Source: Tubiluchus corallicola (lineage: Eukaryota > Animalia > Priapulida). Taken from it: a stretch of DNA of 64,000 nt. The translations under genes were made by a program, and so were the position numbers. The stretch is from the NCBI GenBank assembly GCA_030141605.1, contig JAQGDQ010000009.1, forward strand, positions 806,001-870,000, written 5' to 3'. Every line of letters begins with the position of its first letter. Position 1 is the stretch's first letter. The notes beneath the pieces are model-generated. The model had not been told where the DNA came from. It did not search any database and was given only the letters and a program-made list of their open reading frames with translations. Shown here piece after piece: positions 50,906 to 63,833 of this stretch.

Positions 50906-51635
50906 ATGACTTCTCCATGGGCTACAGAACTTTCAGAGGACAACAATAAAACAGATACGAGCACTACACTGAGTTCATGTTTTTCTGATAATTTTGCTGA
51001 TACTGGACAGTTTACTTTAGAAAATCGAAACTCGGCATTTGCCTTGCAAACAGTAGATCATATTGCAAAATTAGGTAAGAATTATACTTTGTATTGTAGT
51101 ATTTGTTTTTCCAACTAAGAGCAAAGTCAACCCTGACTTGTTATTCACTGTATCTGGTATGGTAGCACAACTATCGAAACCTAGTTAATTTGTAATCATT
51201 GCTAACTTTTTTAACAAAATAATTAACATTACTTTTTCAAGTCTTAATGTGTGTGTGTGTGAATATGATTTAATCTTTTCAGAAAATCGTCTTAATCGTT
51301 TAAAAAGAAGTTCTGAACCATCTGCGAAAGACATTATCAAAAATTTGCAATGGGCAAATGAAGCCCAAGCTCAACGACTTGTCAGTGCTGACAATGAAGC
51401 TCGCATTTATATACCTTCAGACAATCAAGTATTGCAGACATTTGCACTTCAGAGAAAGTTATCACCTGCATCTATAGCACTCACGGAGGAAGAGATAATA
51501 TCATTGATATGTAACGATGAACTAGCTAAAGTAGTGCAAGATTTACAAGAAAGCAGTGAAGACACAGAAAACGTGAAATTAGTTGGCAAGGAAAAAAATT
51601 CTATGGAAGAAAATGAAGAGTCATGCAAGAAATAA
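50906..51635 (+). CDS. CCDC32: Coiled-coil domain-containing protein 32-like (AP-2 assembly factor), 173 aa
   Basis: Exons 50906-51074 (G|GTAAGA) and 51283-51635 (TTTTCAG|), phase 1. SPWA..FSDNFAD..HIAKLENRLNRLK..SAKDIIKNL..LQRKLSPASIALTEEEIISLI parallels recalled human DLWA..FSDSFVD..YLASLEKKLRRIK..TSKDMLRTL..FKRWLQPDKVAVSTEEVQYLI. Confidence 0.8.
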
Positions 51636-52214
51636 AAGGAGCAATCAAACAATTAAGAGTCTGCATGCAGCTCAAGTGTATAGTCTTGTCATGTGTCGTT
51701 GTTTTGTTATGAACACAGTATAGAACATCGGACCACAAGATTGCTGAAAGCACCACCTATTTTGTTGGACATTCGCATGAATAGGTCCTAGTTAATTATA
51801 ATAGATTATTGCTTGCAGTAGTGATGTTTTCCTTTATTTATCAATCCAATCATTTGCAGTAAATGGATTTCCATATGCTGTGATTTGAAAGGGTATATTA
51901 AACAAAACAATTTTGTTACGCAAATTTGCTAATCCACAGTCAGCTCAATATCTGCATTTTTCTATTAAACCACTATCCGCAACTGCAGTGCAAGCTAATT
52001 ATTTTAAAACCGTTCTAGATCCGCTAAAGTTCCAATATGCAGTACTACTTAAAGGACAAAATTTATTTTAATAGACAATTTGGAAGTGAATTATCTTTAG
52101 CAAATCCTGTGCAATGACAACTCAGATTTTGAAAAACTTGCAGCTGCCATACATAGTTGCTACTTTGCAGTCTGTACTCCATCAGGAAGACAGGAACAAA
52201 CAAAATAACTGCAA

Positions 52215-52394
52215 ATGTTAGGTAAGATCAACACAACAGGCTCATTTGCTGAATAGAGAGTGCACTTCACATTGTTTATGGAAGTTGTGGATTGACATTC
52301 GTGATGTTAAGTAAGATCAACACAACAGGCTCATTTGCTGAATAGAGAGTGCACTTCACATTGTTTATGAAAGTTGCGGATTGACATTCGTGAT
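52215..52394. repeat. 89-bp tandem duplication (2 copies)
   Basis: Units start at 52215 and 52304 with three substitutions; downstream of the CCDC32 stop. Confidence 0.9.
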
Positions 52395-52964
52395 AACTGT
52401 TATCTGCAAAGAATCAATCTGCGATTATTTTTTGTTTGTATCCGGTAGGCATCCTTTTATTTTCAATAGCAAATTTGCAGACCGATCAGATGCGCAAAAT
52501 CACGGACCTTGATCCAATCCAGTCCACAGGACTATTGTCCACTCATTCCTGTTTGCTACTTCACGTACAGGCATGTGCAGACCATTTTAAATTTGCAGCA
52601 CCACATTCCAAACCTTAAATCTGATCTGACCAACCGTGGTTTTGATTTCAAAATGTGCTCCTGAATCTTGTTCCTCGAGAATACTCTACTCAGTTCTTCT
52701 AATCCCAGACATTTTCCCATGGGCGTGTATGCTCATTTGTATGATTCTGTTTAAAAAAATTGGCATCATTAAGTTTTGTGCATTACAGATTAAATAAATT
52801 TTTATGTATGGTAGTACAGTGCAGGAAGCAATAAAATTTGTCTAGCACACTATTGCCCTACTACTAATTGTTATACAATCTAGGTAGAGAAATAAGGTAA
52901 TAATGATAGTACATTAATAATGTACAATCAATAATGAGTTGCAACAAGAACTAGCACTACACAT

Positions 52965-53338
52965 TAGGGTGAGCTTCTGTACCAGAAAGCGAATTCGAAT
53001 CTAACCGAATTTTAGTATTTCGCATCCGAATCGAATTCGAATTAAGTTTGAGAGATTTTTTAACAAGTTTTCGAACCACTAGTAAAAAGTGGTCTTTTAA
53101 AGATCATGCATATCACTAGATTTTGTTCTGCAGTAAAACCACTATTAGTTTATTAAAAATTTTGCACAGAAACTGCAGCTAAATTGTGTTAATTACTTGC
53201 TGCTTCAAATATTTTAATGATAAAGAACATATGTAACTGAAGTGCTGAATTATTCGAATCTATAATTTTAGGTTCTAATCGAATTCGAATGTAAAAATCT
53301 CATTCTAATCAAATTCGAACGTTCGATGCTCACCCCTA
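52965..53338 (-). mobile_element. hAT-family MITE, copy 3
   Basis: TAGGGTGAGC...ATGCTCACCCCTA with perfect TSD CTACACAT (52957-64/53339-46). Confidence 0.85.
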
Positions 53339-53907
53339 CTACACATTAATAATATGTTGATATACGGGCTGTGCTTGTTTAACGTACACATGGTTTTCCA
53401 AGACTTATTAGCAAACAAAACGTTTTATTACATGATAACATAATACGAGTGTAGTTCTGTAAACAGTCTACCAATTTGTGGTCTATCAACAATCCATAAC
53501 ACGATATGTTTTATAAAAAAAATTAACCAAAAAATTTTCTTGGTGTTGAAAACTAGAGCCATTCGTTACCCATGTACAGTATAAGCAAGACAATGCTTTT
53601 GCTTTGTAGTTAATAAAACGGCATAAGAAGGGTCATTGTTATGGCATTTGCAGCTCATCCTACTTCTGTTCTTCGTAATTTCTTGTAAACCTGGTTGTCC
53701 AATACACTAATAATGAGCATAAAAGACAAGCATTAGAAGTTCCCTTTTGTGTTATAGAATGAACTGAAGAGATAGAAAGCATAATCTGCCTATTCTGAGT
53801 TTTCTGCTACGATACGGTATGCACGAAACAAACTATATTGACTCAAATGTTGCAGAAAACCTGTGCATCTTTTCTTTTGCTTTCGTTACGCCGGACTGGC
53901 ATTAAGC

Positions 53908-56900
53908 ATGGCTGAGGATGCTGGAGCAAAATTTATTGTGTTATTATGTATTGTATTTTGCCATTGCTTCAGAATTCTAACACCTTTTCTTTCCAAATTG
54001 GTTAGTTAAAGCTGGAAATGTAAAATATAATTGTATCGCTTAATCAAAATGTAATCCAGATTAGTTTGGTGACCACCTCCTGAAAGTAATTTTCCCTAAC
54101 ACCTTCGGGAAAATCAGTTGGAGTGGGAGGGTGAGTCTGGAAGTGAATAGTTCCGAATTCTCACTGGGTCCCGAGCAATGTCAGCAAGCAATAGCAAGTA
54201 AAACAAAATTAATATTAGCTAGTGCAGAAAAATTACAACTTACGGGATGTTAGTGCTTGAACAAATAATGGAAGCGAGATTAAATATGATAGGAGTGAAA
54301 TCAAACTATAAAGATGAGTATGTTAATAACCTGTAATGTCCATTATGTAGTATAGAGCAAGATACAATGGAGCGTTTGTTTGAATGTGTAACAAGCAGGG
54401 ATGTCCTGTAAATAGTGAAGTATTGAAACAAGCAAGCCACTACGTTAAAACAGCAATGGAATATTGAAAAGATATGGGAGTAGAATGTTTAGAAGATGGA
54501 AAAGAATAGCAAGTGAATCTGAAATGCAAGCCGAAACAGGAAAAGGAAAGAAATCAGTGAAGTGTAACCTCGCAAGCACATTTTTGCAGGCTCACTCGAT
54601 TGCAACCAAAGAGGGTGCTGAGTAAGCAACAGTGGGTCGGCATTGTGAGACAGCCAGCCAGTGACTTTTAAAATTTTCCATGTTTTGTAGTCTAAAAATC
54701 AAGCAAAAATGAACAATTATTATCGAAATTAGACTTTTCTGTTTTGGTGCTTAATCTACAATAAAAGTAAATGGCTGTGCAGTATTGCAATCTAGTGATG
54801 AAACACATTAATTTAGAAGTTTAATACCACCTAATAAACAAAAAATTTATACTTGAGATTATATTATGAGATTTCAGTGGCAGCTGCCATTGATTTTTTT
54901 TCTGTTTTTAGAATGTATAACTGCAATATGTATTTTATCCAGTGTATGCAATCAAAGTCATTCTGAACCTTCAACGCAAGTTTGCTAAAGTTTATGAAAC
55001 TTGATATATAGTTGCTATGCATGCTAAAGGATACTGCATATTGCCAAAGAAACCAAACACGTTTAACAACAAATGAAATTTACATTTCAGCAGCAATTTG
55101 ATGCAAATCACGTTGTGTTTATTCTCCAAAATATCCCAATAACTATATGTCGGGCAGGGAGTGTGTCCCTTTGATTAGAATGGACTGCCTTCCCCCCGGT
55201 TAATGTCTTATATCAAGGGTTTACCGTATTCATGAGTTCCTTTTTAAAAAAAACAGAACTGTTTGCCTATGGAATGGTTTGCTGTGCCACATTGTAAAGT
55301 GATTACTAGGGATGAGTATCAAACGTTTGAGTTCATGTCGTGTTCAAATTAAACGAGTTTTTAGTCCTAATTCGTTTCGAACCTAAAATTATAAATTAGA
55401 ATAATTCAGCACTTCAACTACATACGTTCTTTATCATTAAAATGTTTGAAACATCATGCAATCAGAGCAAAGTAGCAATGTTTTCTGTGCACGATTTTTA
55501 AACAAATTATGAATGTTTTTACTGCAGTAAAAAGTCAAGTAATGCATGACCTTTGTGAGACCGCTTTTTATTAGTGATTCAAAAATCTTTAAAGCTGAAA
55601 GTAAATTCGATTCAAAATTCACATTCGAGGCAAAAGTCACAAATTCGACTTTATTTGAATTCACTTTCTAGTAAGAATGCTCACCTGTATTGATTACTGT
55701 TTTGCAATCCAGGTCTTTTATGTCTTTGTTGGAATTGTTTTAGTTGGTAAACTTGATCTGCCCTGATGATGGTCGCAGTGCATCCTTGTGGAAAGAGGTA
55801 CAAGAATTGAAAAAGGAGCAACAAACTGTAAGAATGGTTGATGAATTTGCCAGATATGCTCGATTAGACAGAAAAATATTCAAATGCGAAGATGAAATAA
55901 AGAAAAATAGTAAGTTTTTTCTTGCAAACAGAGCCGGATAATCCTATATGCTAGTATAGGCTGCAGCTTAGAGCCCTTTAAGCTTTGGTAAGATTTTGTA
56001 AAAATCTGTTTTTTCACTATGATTGTGTTGAAATATGTGTTATTTGGTGGCGCTGTCGGTGGGAATGAGTTAGAGGGTGGCTCCGTTTGAAGGGAACCCA
56101 TAATTTCATTAACCTAGGGGCCCCAAAAGGTCATAATCCAAATAGAATGATAAAGTCTTGGTAACTAAAAGACATTATAATGTATTTACCTGAACTTGTC
56201 AGTGAAATATGCTTTCAAGCTTAAATTGACAGATACTGACAAGAATAAATTTAAGAATTTAGTTTTATGGTATTTAAATAATCCAGATGTTAAAATTTGT
56301 TAAGTTGGACAGAAATGGTTGCAGATTTGATGGGTATGTTCATTTTTTTGTCACAGCTAGATATAATAAATAATAAAGAAATGCAGCAGTAGTGTGTGTA
56401 TTAAAAATAAATCTCACTACGCAGTGAGAGCAAAAAATCCGAGGATGCCAAGAAACGTGAATGGTTGTCAAGCATTTGTTGCTTTAATGATTAAATACAT
56501 TGAGTACATATATCAGATGGCACAGAAAAGATGTGCCGACGTTTAGATTACATAGATATTGCCGGGAACAATATCAGCTAATCATCAATTGAAAAACAGC
56601 CATGTCGACATGTTTAAAGCACTCAGTAGACCAGTTTACATCAGTGTCTTCACCATAGAAAATAGAGTATTAATAAAGATTTACTGTCGATAAAAAAATT
56701 GGACTTAATGCATTGAACTATGGTAAGTATCTGAAATTTCCACAGAAAGTATATGACGGCTGCACAAAGCCATTTGACTTTGATATAGATGAACTAAAGG
56801 CAAAAATTGTTGAGCGCTAGGACCAAATGCTCCTTAAAGAAATAAGAAACTGTGTCAGCTGTTAGAAGAAACGCATTTTTCTAGTTTAAAATGAAAATGG

Positions 56901-59214
56901 CAGACACATCTAGAGCACTTGCTGTAAATTTTAATAAGAATGATACACAAAATTTATTTTTCTGACTTGTTTTAAAACTTCTGTACCTTTGGAAAAATAT
57001 AAAAGAATAACCTCAAATTTTTGGTGTTTATACGTATCTGTAATGTCAGTGTAGTAATTTTCAGGTTATTCTGCTTTTTTTTCTTATAATTATTAATTAT
57101 AATTAATACTTATAATTAATAACTTATTAAAATTTCGGCACATTTATTTTGTGCCACCTGATATATGACTTGTAATGGTTTCTTTGTTGCCATTAGTAAT
57201 AATTGTAGAACAGTTTGTTGATTGACACGTGCTATACATTATTAGCTATATTAGTGTTTAGAGCAACTTATCAGTGTGTTTAGAGTGTGGTTTTTTGTGT
57301 GTTTAGAGCAAATTCGAGCTACGCGAGTGATGCCAGTCAAACTAATGTTAAATGTGATATTCTTTGTGATACCGGTGAGTAAATGAACTACTAATTAAAA
57401 TGATATAGTCTATGTTCTGCTAATTACAAAATAAAGTTGTTAACGTGATATCCTACTAATATATTAATATAATAACGTGATATTTCTCCTACTAATAATA
57501 TGTTATTTGCTAACATAGGTTGCCAAACAATAAAGTTTTAGAAGGTACTTACAAGAGAAATAGTTTCAAGAGCTCAGCATGGTTTTATTTAGATGAAAAA
57601 AAGTCAGTTAATAGAAACTGGCTTTTTCGTGTAATAGTCACGTTATGACCATGTTTGCTTGCATGCGAAGTGAAATAGTGCCATTCGTAAATTTATGATT
57701 TGCCAGGTGTTATGAACACTGCTTCAGATTATACATATCATGAGAGGTTGCATACACATCCCAATGTAGCTAACTCACTTCTGCTAGGTCAAGGTCTAAT
57801 ATTTGTATGACATTGGTACAGCCACACATTAATTAGGCTTTGCTGTTTAGTGCTGCATTCTGATATTTTGGCATCAAACTATTAAAATTAAGCATAGGCA
57901 TGCAGTAGGTAGAGACAGCCTGGAGAATGGAGAGAGTCGTATATCATAAATGAATGACAACACTCCAGACTAATACAGTAGTCATTGGTTAATAAAATCA
58001 CCTGGGACCAGCAATAAGTGGTCTTAATGAATCATGGTTTTGTTATGCGTTGACCTGTTGCAAGTGCCTGTATTTGGCAAAGTACCCTAATTAATACATG
58101 ATAATTAAATACCCTGCAGACAGTATCAAACATACATCAGTGATTCAAGGTCATTCAGCAGACTAAAATGTACATTTATTTTATAGTGGCTGTACACTTA
58201 GAGTGGTCATGACAAAACTTTAACTTTCAGTGTAATTTTACTAAGAAGAGGTGAAACTAGTAAATGGGACTTAAATTTCAAATGCTTGTCTTAAAACTAT
58301 GCAAACTACAAAAAATATGTTTTATTTTTTCACTTTGCTACTGCTTTTGTCATCTATTACTGGAAATATGGTCTTATTACACGGTACACTGCTTATATTA
58401 ACCAAAATTCCTTGTCAATAGCTTCTATTTGAGCAACTCTTGACCATGCCTAAATGGTTCAAAAATACAGCTGCTTTAGTTATCTGTGATTTTATTGAGA
58501 GACAATTACTGCATACTGTTATTACCTTCATTTTCTTCAACAGCCCATTTTTAGACTGTTGTCTTTCAGATGACTTCTTAGTGTAAGCTTTTTTCAAGCT
58601 AAGTGAAAAGTTTTTTCTTGATACATGTATATTTAAGAATTTAACGTGAACTTTTCTTGCAGTCTGTTATAGTGGTGTATGTGCTTTGGCTCTACCGACA
58701 CGTGTCCATGTTTACATTACCTTCGAATTTAGTATGGCCAGTTAGTTATCTGATATCACTGCCTAGTGCAACAGAAGGTACGCATTTATAGTTAGCATAT
58801 TGGGCTCTCATATTTACTAAATTTGCTAGACTTTTGCATGTAGTCTGTTGTCACACTTTTACAAGCTATAGTTAATATGGGTGGGAGTATGAGCTACCAC
58901 CTCACTCAATATCGCCTTTTACATATCTGTAATGCAATTTGAAATTCGTCAGCTACATGTCTTAATTAATTACTACTTTTATTCAGAATGTAAACGTATT
59001 CAGTTTTTCTTTTTTATCTAGAATAACTTGGGCACTTAATTTATGTTTTTTTTTTACGTTACCAGATGGTATTGGTGTTGTTTGCTGGGTGCTGGTTTGC
59101 CACCATGTCATTCTAGTCTTGGGACAACATATGCATTTCGATGACTATCTTCAAGAAAGGGTTCTGCGTTTGTCACGGAGTGAAACACTTCCAACGCCTA
59201 TTCTTGTTAACTAA
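53908..59214 (+). CDS. GET1: Guided entry of tail-anchored proteins factor 1 (GET1/WRB), paralog A, 196 aa
   Basis: Exons 53908-54000, 55744-55909, 57307-57374, 58663-58777, 59066-59214 (93/166/68/115/149 nt, GT-AG). TM1, coiled coil with MVDEFARYARLDRKI, TM2, LVWPVSYLISLP, DGIGVVCWVLVC. Confidence 0.92.
54262..54400 (+). mobile_element. LINE ORF2 C-terminal CCHC remnant (GET1-A intron 1)
   Basis: IMEARLNMIGVKSNYK....*CPLCSIEQDTMERLFEC matches the 'RLNM..K.NYK..CPLC..EDT.EH.F.C' LINE tail. Confidence 0.6.
55307..55689 (+). mobile_element. hAT-family MITE, copy 4 (GET1-A intron 1)
   Basis: TAGGGATGAGTATC...AATGCTCACCTGTA; TSD gtgattac/ttgattac (7/8). Confidence 0.8.
56513..57161 (+). mobile_element. 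Internally deleted Tc1/mariner element (GET1-A intron 2)
   Basis: TA-flanked TIRs TCAGATGGCACAGAAAAGATGTGCCGA / TCGGCACATTTATTTTGTGCCACCTGA; internal DLNALNY..KVY..DIDELKAKIVER*DQM..ENGRHI resembles the SPDLNPLDY...GGHIE transposase tail. Confidence 0.8.
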
Positions 59215-59730
59215 AACCATTTTTAGTTGTTATTGTATAATATGTAAATAATTGTAAAAAAGTAAGAAAGTTAGTTGCATCAACTTTTTTTACTGTTTTC
59301 TTCTTATATAGTTTTCATTTAGGTGTCAAAGATTTCTTGCGTAATTGCTTTAATGTTTTCTTACGACTTTTGCTAAAGTTTGTGAAGTCGTTCCTTTATC
59401 TTTTTTACCCGTGTTATGCTGGCCTAAAAATTGTTATAAAGCAGAAAAAATAAACATTAACACTTCTTATAATTCTTAGCATAATTCTGAATAATTTTGT
59501 TAGGCTTATTTGTGTCTTTCTTTTAAGTGCTAATTATAAAGATATTTTCGTTACCAGTGCACTTGATTTGATTTTATGAGCATTTTTATCAGTGTTATGT
59601 ATTAATTTTAGATTTAATTGGTTCCAAACTTCTTCATAAAAATTGCCTAATGGCTTAACTTCGCAGTTGTTCTAGCTACTTTGGAACTTGTGTAGTTGCA
59701 TAATTTCATGTCCGTCTTTTTCTTAGGCCG

Positions 59731-59775
59731 GTTACCGTGGAAACCTCAAATGTTGAATATTGTTGTTATGACAAC
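59731..59775. promoter_or_regulatory. Tandem RFX X-box-like motifs upstream of GET1 paralog B
   Basis: GTTACCGTGGAAAC (59731-59744) and GTTGTTATGACAAC (59762-59775), ~180-225 bp upstream of ATG 59955. Confidence 0.5.
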
Positions 59776-59954
59776 TTTACTGTAAAAAATGTCTTGGAAT
59801 GTGTGTGTGTGTATTTGTGAGTAGGAAAGTGTGGTAGGACTATGATGTGGTAAGACTGTTGAGATCAGATGGTTTTTTGCTGTTCTGTTATGTTGGAATT
59901 CTGTTTTTATTCAACAAACAAGGGAAGTCTGGTGAGCTGGACCATTGTTCCGTC

Positions 59955-61886
59955 ATGGTACCCATTTCCATAGTTGTATTTGTGATTGTTCTGATTTGTC
60001 ACTGCTGCCGAGTGTTAGAGTCCTGCTTTAGCGAACTGGTAAGTTTACTTTCTTGTCCTCTTTGGCAATGAATTACCTTCATTTCAGTTTCAGAATCATC
60101 GAAACACGCTCATATGAGTTCACAAAATTTGATTTTTAGTGATTCCAAGTGTTTGTTTAACATTCCCATAGTTTTAACTTCGTTTTAAGAATTACTGTAA
60201 TTGTTGCTAGAATGTGAACTGTTACATGTATTTACTGAATATTTTGCCTTTTTTATAGGCTAACGACACCACGTGTTTTAAACTGAGCAAGAACACAACT
60301 TTGCTCAAAGAGTTAAAAGTGCTAAAAAGTGAACAGCAGCATCTAAGAATGGTTGATGATTTTGCCAAGTATGCTAGACTAGAGCGAAAGATTCTCATGT
60401 GCAAAGATGAATTAAAGAAAAACAGTAAGAGGTTTACCAATTTTCTCATTTGACGAACAAGGAATGTTTTGTTTAGTGACACATATTTATTTTACCGGCG
60501 TTTTTCTAAAAGTGCCACTATTTAAGCTAAATTTACCGTGCTTGTTTTACTTTCTGCCCAGAATCAAGTGCTAATTTGTATTTGCTTGATAATATTGCAG
60601 TTCTTGTCCAGCGAAGATGAAAGTTTGTCTGTTTTGAAAAAATTCAACCTGTAACCGTTAAGTTGGTAGACTACAGTTTTATTTACCATTGAATCCTTAT
60701 TTCACTAAAGGTTCTGCTGTTGAGAAAACAAGTTAGAAGAGAAAGCAAATTTAAGATATTCAATGTTTCACGTTAAACTTGTGTTTCGTCAATGACTTGA
60801 TTGTGTTCATCATTTTATTCTGTGTATCATATTTAGTGAAAATTAAATCCAACACTTTCTTTCTTGATATTTTGTTTTATTTAGTAGCTGATCGTGTTAT
60901 TCGCATGATTCCAATGAAGTTGAAGTTGAATGTGGTATTCCATTTGCTACCTGTGAGTATTCCTTTTATTGGAGATTGTCACTCGCAGAATAATCTGCAT
61001 TCTTGCACACCATACTAGCTTACAATTGTTAGTTGAATAGTAATTTTATTAGCTGGCAATACAAGTACACTATGCATATCTGCTAACATTTGGTTAGGGC
61101 TATTAGTTGTGTTAGACCTTTCACAACATCTCCCGGCAAATAGATATTTATGAAAATAAAATAACGTTATAGTTATATTTTAGGATATTCATTTGAATAC
61201 TTGTACATTTTACTAAATACATCACTTAACTTTATTGTACCTGTATGAGGTTGTCTAACTGTATTGCAGGCTCTTATTGTCGGATTCATTGTTTTGCTAT
61301 ACAGGCAGATTCCAGTGATTGTTTTATCACAAGAAAAGCTATATCCATTGAATTATATCCTGTCTGTGCCTTGTGGAATTCCAGGTTTGCAAAAAATTTA
61401 AATTCTAATTAGTAGAAATAGACAGTGATTTAATAGCTGTGTGACAAAATAAAATTCCTGTTAGCTTGGATTTTTACGAAATGTTAAATACCAGAACTGT
61501 GCATGTTGTAGCATCTGTAAATTGACAATTCTCTCATCAGCGTGTCATGTCTGCCTAATTATTCTCTACACTTTTGCTACTTTTTGATGACGAAGTTATA
61601 CACATGGTTCCGATAATGAATGGACCAAGAATCAGGCTATTTACTTTTGTCTAAGTATATTAACAGATTGATACCCAACACATCTTGCAATATGTTGTTT
61701 CCTACATTCTCTTATTATGTTGCATTTTGCCTGATAGGTGGTATTGGAATCACAGTCTGGTTAATGATTTGTTTTCGCATTACATCCATCTTAGCACATC
61801 ATTCTTCTTTGAACAGCTGTCTTCAGAAAGTGGCTTTCTCTGTATCTAGATGGCATGCTGTGGCAACATCTCTGCACAAAAGCTGA
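59955..61886 (+). CDS. GET1: GET1/WRB paralog B, 193 aa
   Basis: Exons 59955-60038, 60259-60424, 60885-60952, 61270-61384, 61738-61886 (84/166/68/115/149 nt, GT-AG). MVDDFAKYARLERKI, LYPLNYILSVP, GGIGITVWLMIC; open frame; AATAAA at 62013. The start codon is less certain because the frame is open upstream. Confidence 0.9.
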
Positions 61887-63833
61887 TAGAGCTGATGCAT
61901 TAAATTACAGCTATATGTTATCATTGCTCAGATCTTTGTCAAACGTTTTTAAAGAAAGTGGATTATTGAAGCTCAGCAGTTAAGAGACTTTTGTATTTTG
62001 TCGAATGTATAAAATAAACATTGTTTTCAGAATGTTTCAACTCTTAGCTTTTGGATTTGTATTTTCATTTCACTTGTGAGCATGGATGTGGGAAGAAGGG
62101 GAGCAGATGCCCGAAAAATATAGTAAAGACAAAGTATACTTTTTGTCCCATTTCGAATTTCTTTAGAAGCAGCCAAACTTTTTCAAACTTTACGCAATGT
62201 TTCAAGCAACTTACCGTTAAAATGGCTGTGCCTAACGATCGTCGGGAGTTTAAACTTACAAGTTTTATAGAGCGTTATTGCAAACGCAAGCCGGTATGTA
62301 ATAAGACAACATGTAAGTGAATTCAAATTTCAAGACGAACTTTATTAAGTTTTATTTGTAGCTGGGTGTTTTCTTGTGGTTAACAGTAACGTAGTGTTTA
62401 CAAAATAGAAATGTAGAATGCAATAGATTTTAAGTTAACATTCATCTTTTCATTAGACAGATTCAACAGTAACGTTTCAGTCGTAATAATTTATCTATAA
62501 AACCTACAAGAATGATATTCTCCTTAGTAGCATCCTTAGTAGCAATATAAGTAAACCTTAGACTTACATTTATGAAAAGACCATCAATATATGAATAACA
62601 TCACTACATTTTTAGTCTATAATATTTTATTATAAACAACTTATGGCTCCGCCAATATGCTGGAACTATTATGCTTGGAGAGATGAAATTTTGCATTTTC
62701 ATTCGAAAGCAACAACCATAAATGTCGAACTTCAGCATTTTCTTTCTCAAGAGTGTAAGATTAAATATTTAATGACAAAAACAGAAAACAAACACTCCAT
62801 CAATGAATTTTGTAATTATATGCAATTAGTACTTTATATTGCAAACAATAACATTTTTGGATATGCTCACAGCACACATAAATTTTGCACCGAAATTATG
62901 GTGAACACTTCTGTAAAACTTTCTTAAGATGCTATATACATGAAGTAGTGAAGTTTTTTGAATACTAAAATTTTTATGTAACCTCAGAGAGTGATAAAAC
63001 GAATATGGCTAAACTACTAATATTTGTGTGTGAAAAGTTTAAACAATACGATTACCATAAGGCTCGAGCAAAGCTTACGTAGACGCATTAGGCATTATAA
63101 AAGTCATTTCGGCTAAAAAAATGAAAGGTTACAAAATAAATTTTCAGCGTGAAATTTAGAATGCCTTCTATTTCAGCTTGTATCATGTTTTAATGAACAA
63201 TGAATAACTTTTATACTAATGTAGTTTTTTATGAGCCACAAACGAATAATAAATAACGATAACACATAATAAACACATACTTAAATTATGAAACACCTGC
63301 TGTGGTGCAGGCACATCATTCAGTGACTTTGTACAGTGACTATGAAAAAAGCTCATTTGAATATTTACACAGCAAAGCTATCACATCACAGCTATCTTTT
63401 TTAATTATATGCATTATGATATGTTTAAAAGTAATCAACATGTACAGAGTGCACAAATTCAATAGCAGGCTAATAAATGGAGAAGCTCCTACAAACTTTA
63501 TTCTTAACATGACATTTTTAGGTAGTCAGACAATACTCAAAAGTTTAATATCTTTTCTGATTTTTAAGTCAGTACTGTTTTTCAGCAATTTTCGTTTGCT
63601 TTCCAAAGGCTAAATAATCAGAAATAGCCTCTAATTAAGAGATCTTGATCTCAGAGCCAGCGTGTACAATTGTTACACAGTGGTTTAATCTGGTTTAATC
63701 TTACAAATTTTTTTTAGTGGCTAGAGGTAGTAAGTGGTCTGGTAGCCAAGAAAAGGTAACCAAAAAAAGAAATAAATTTTACGTTGTGTATTAAATAATT
63801 ATAATAATTTATAGCTTCTGCTATTTACAGGAT

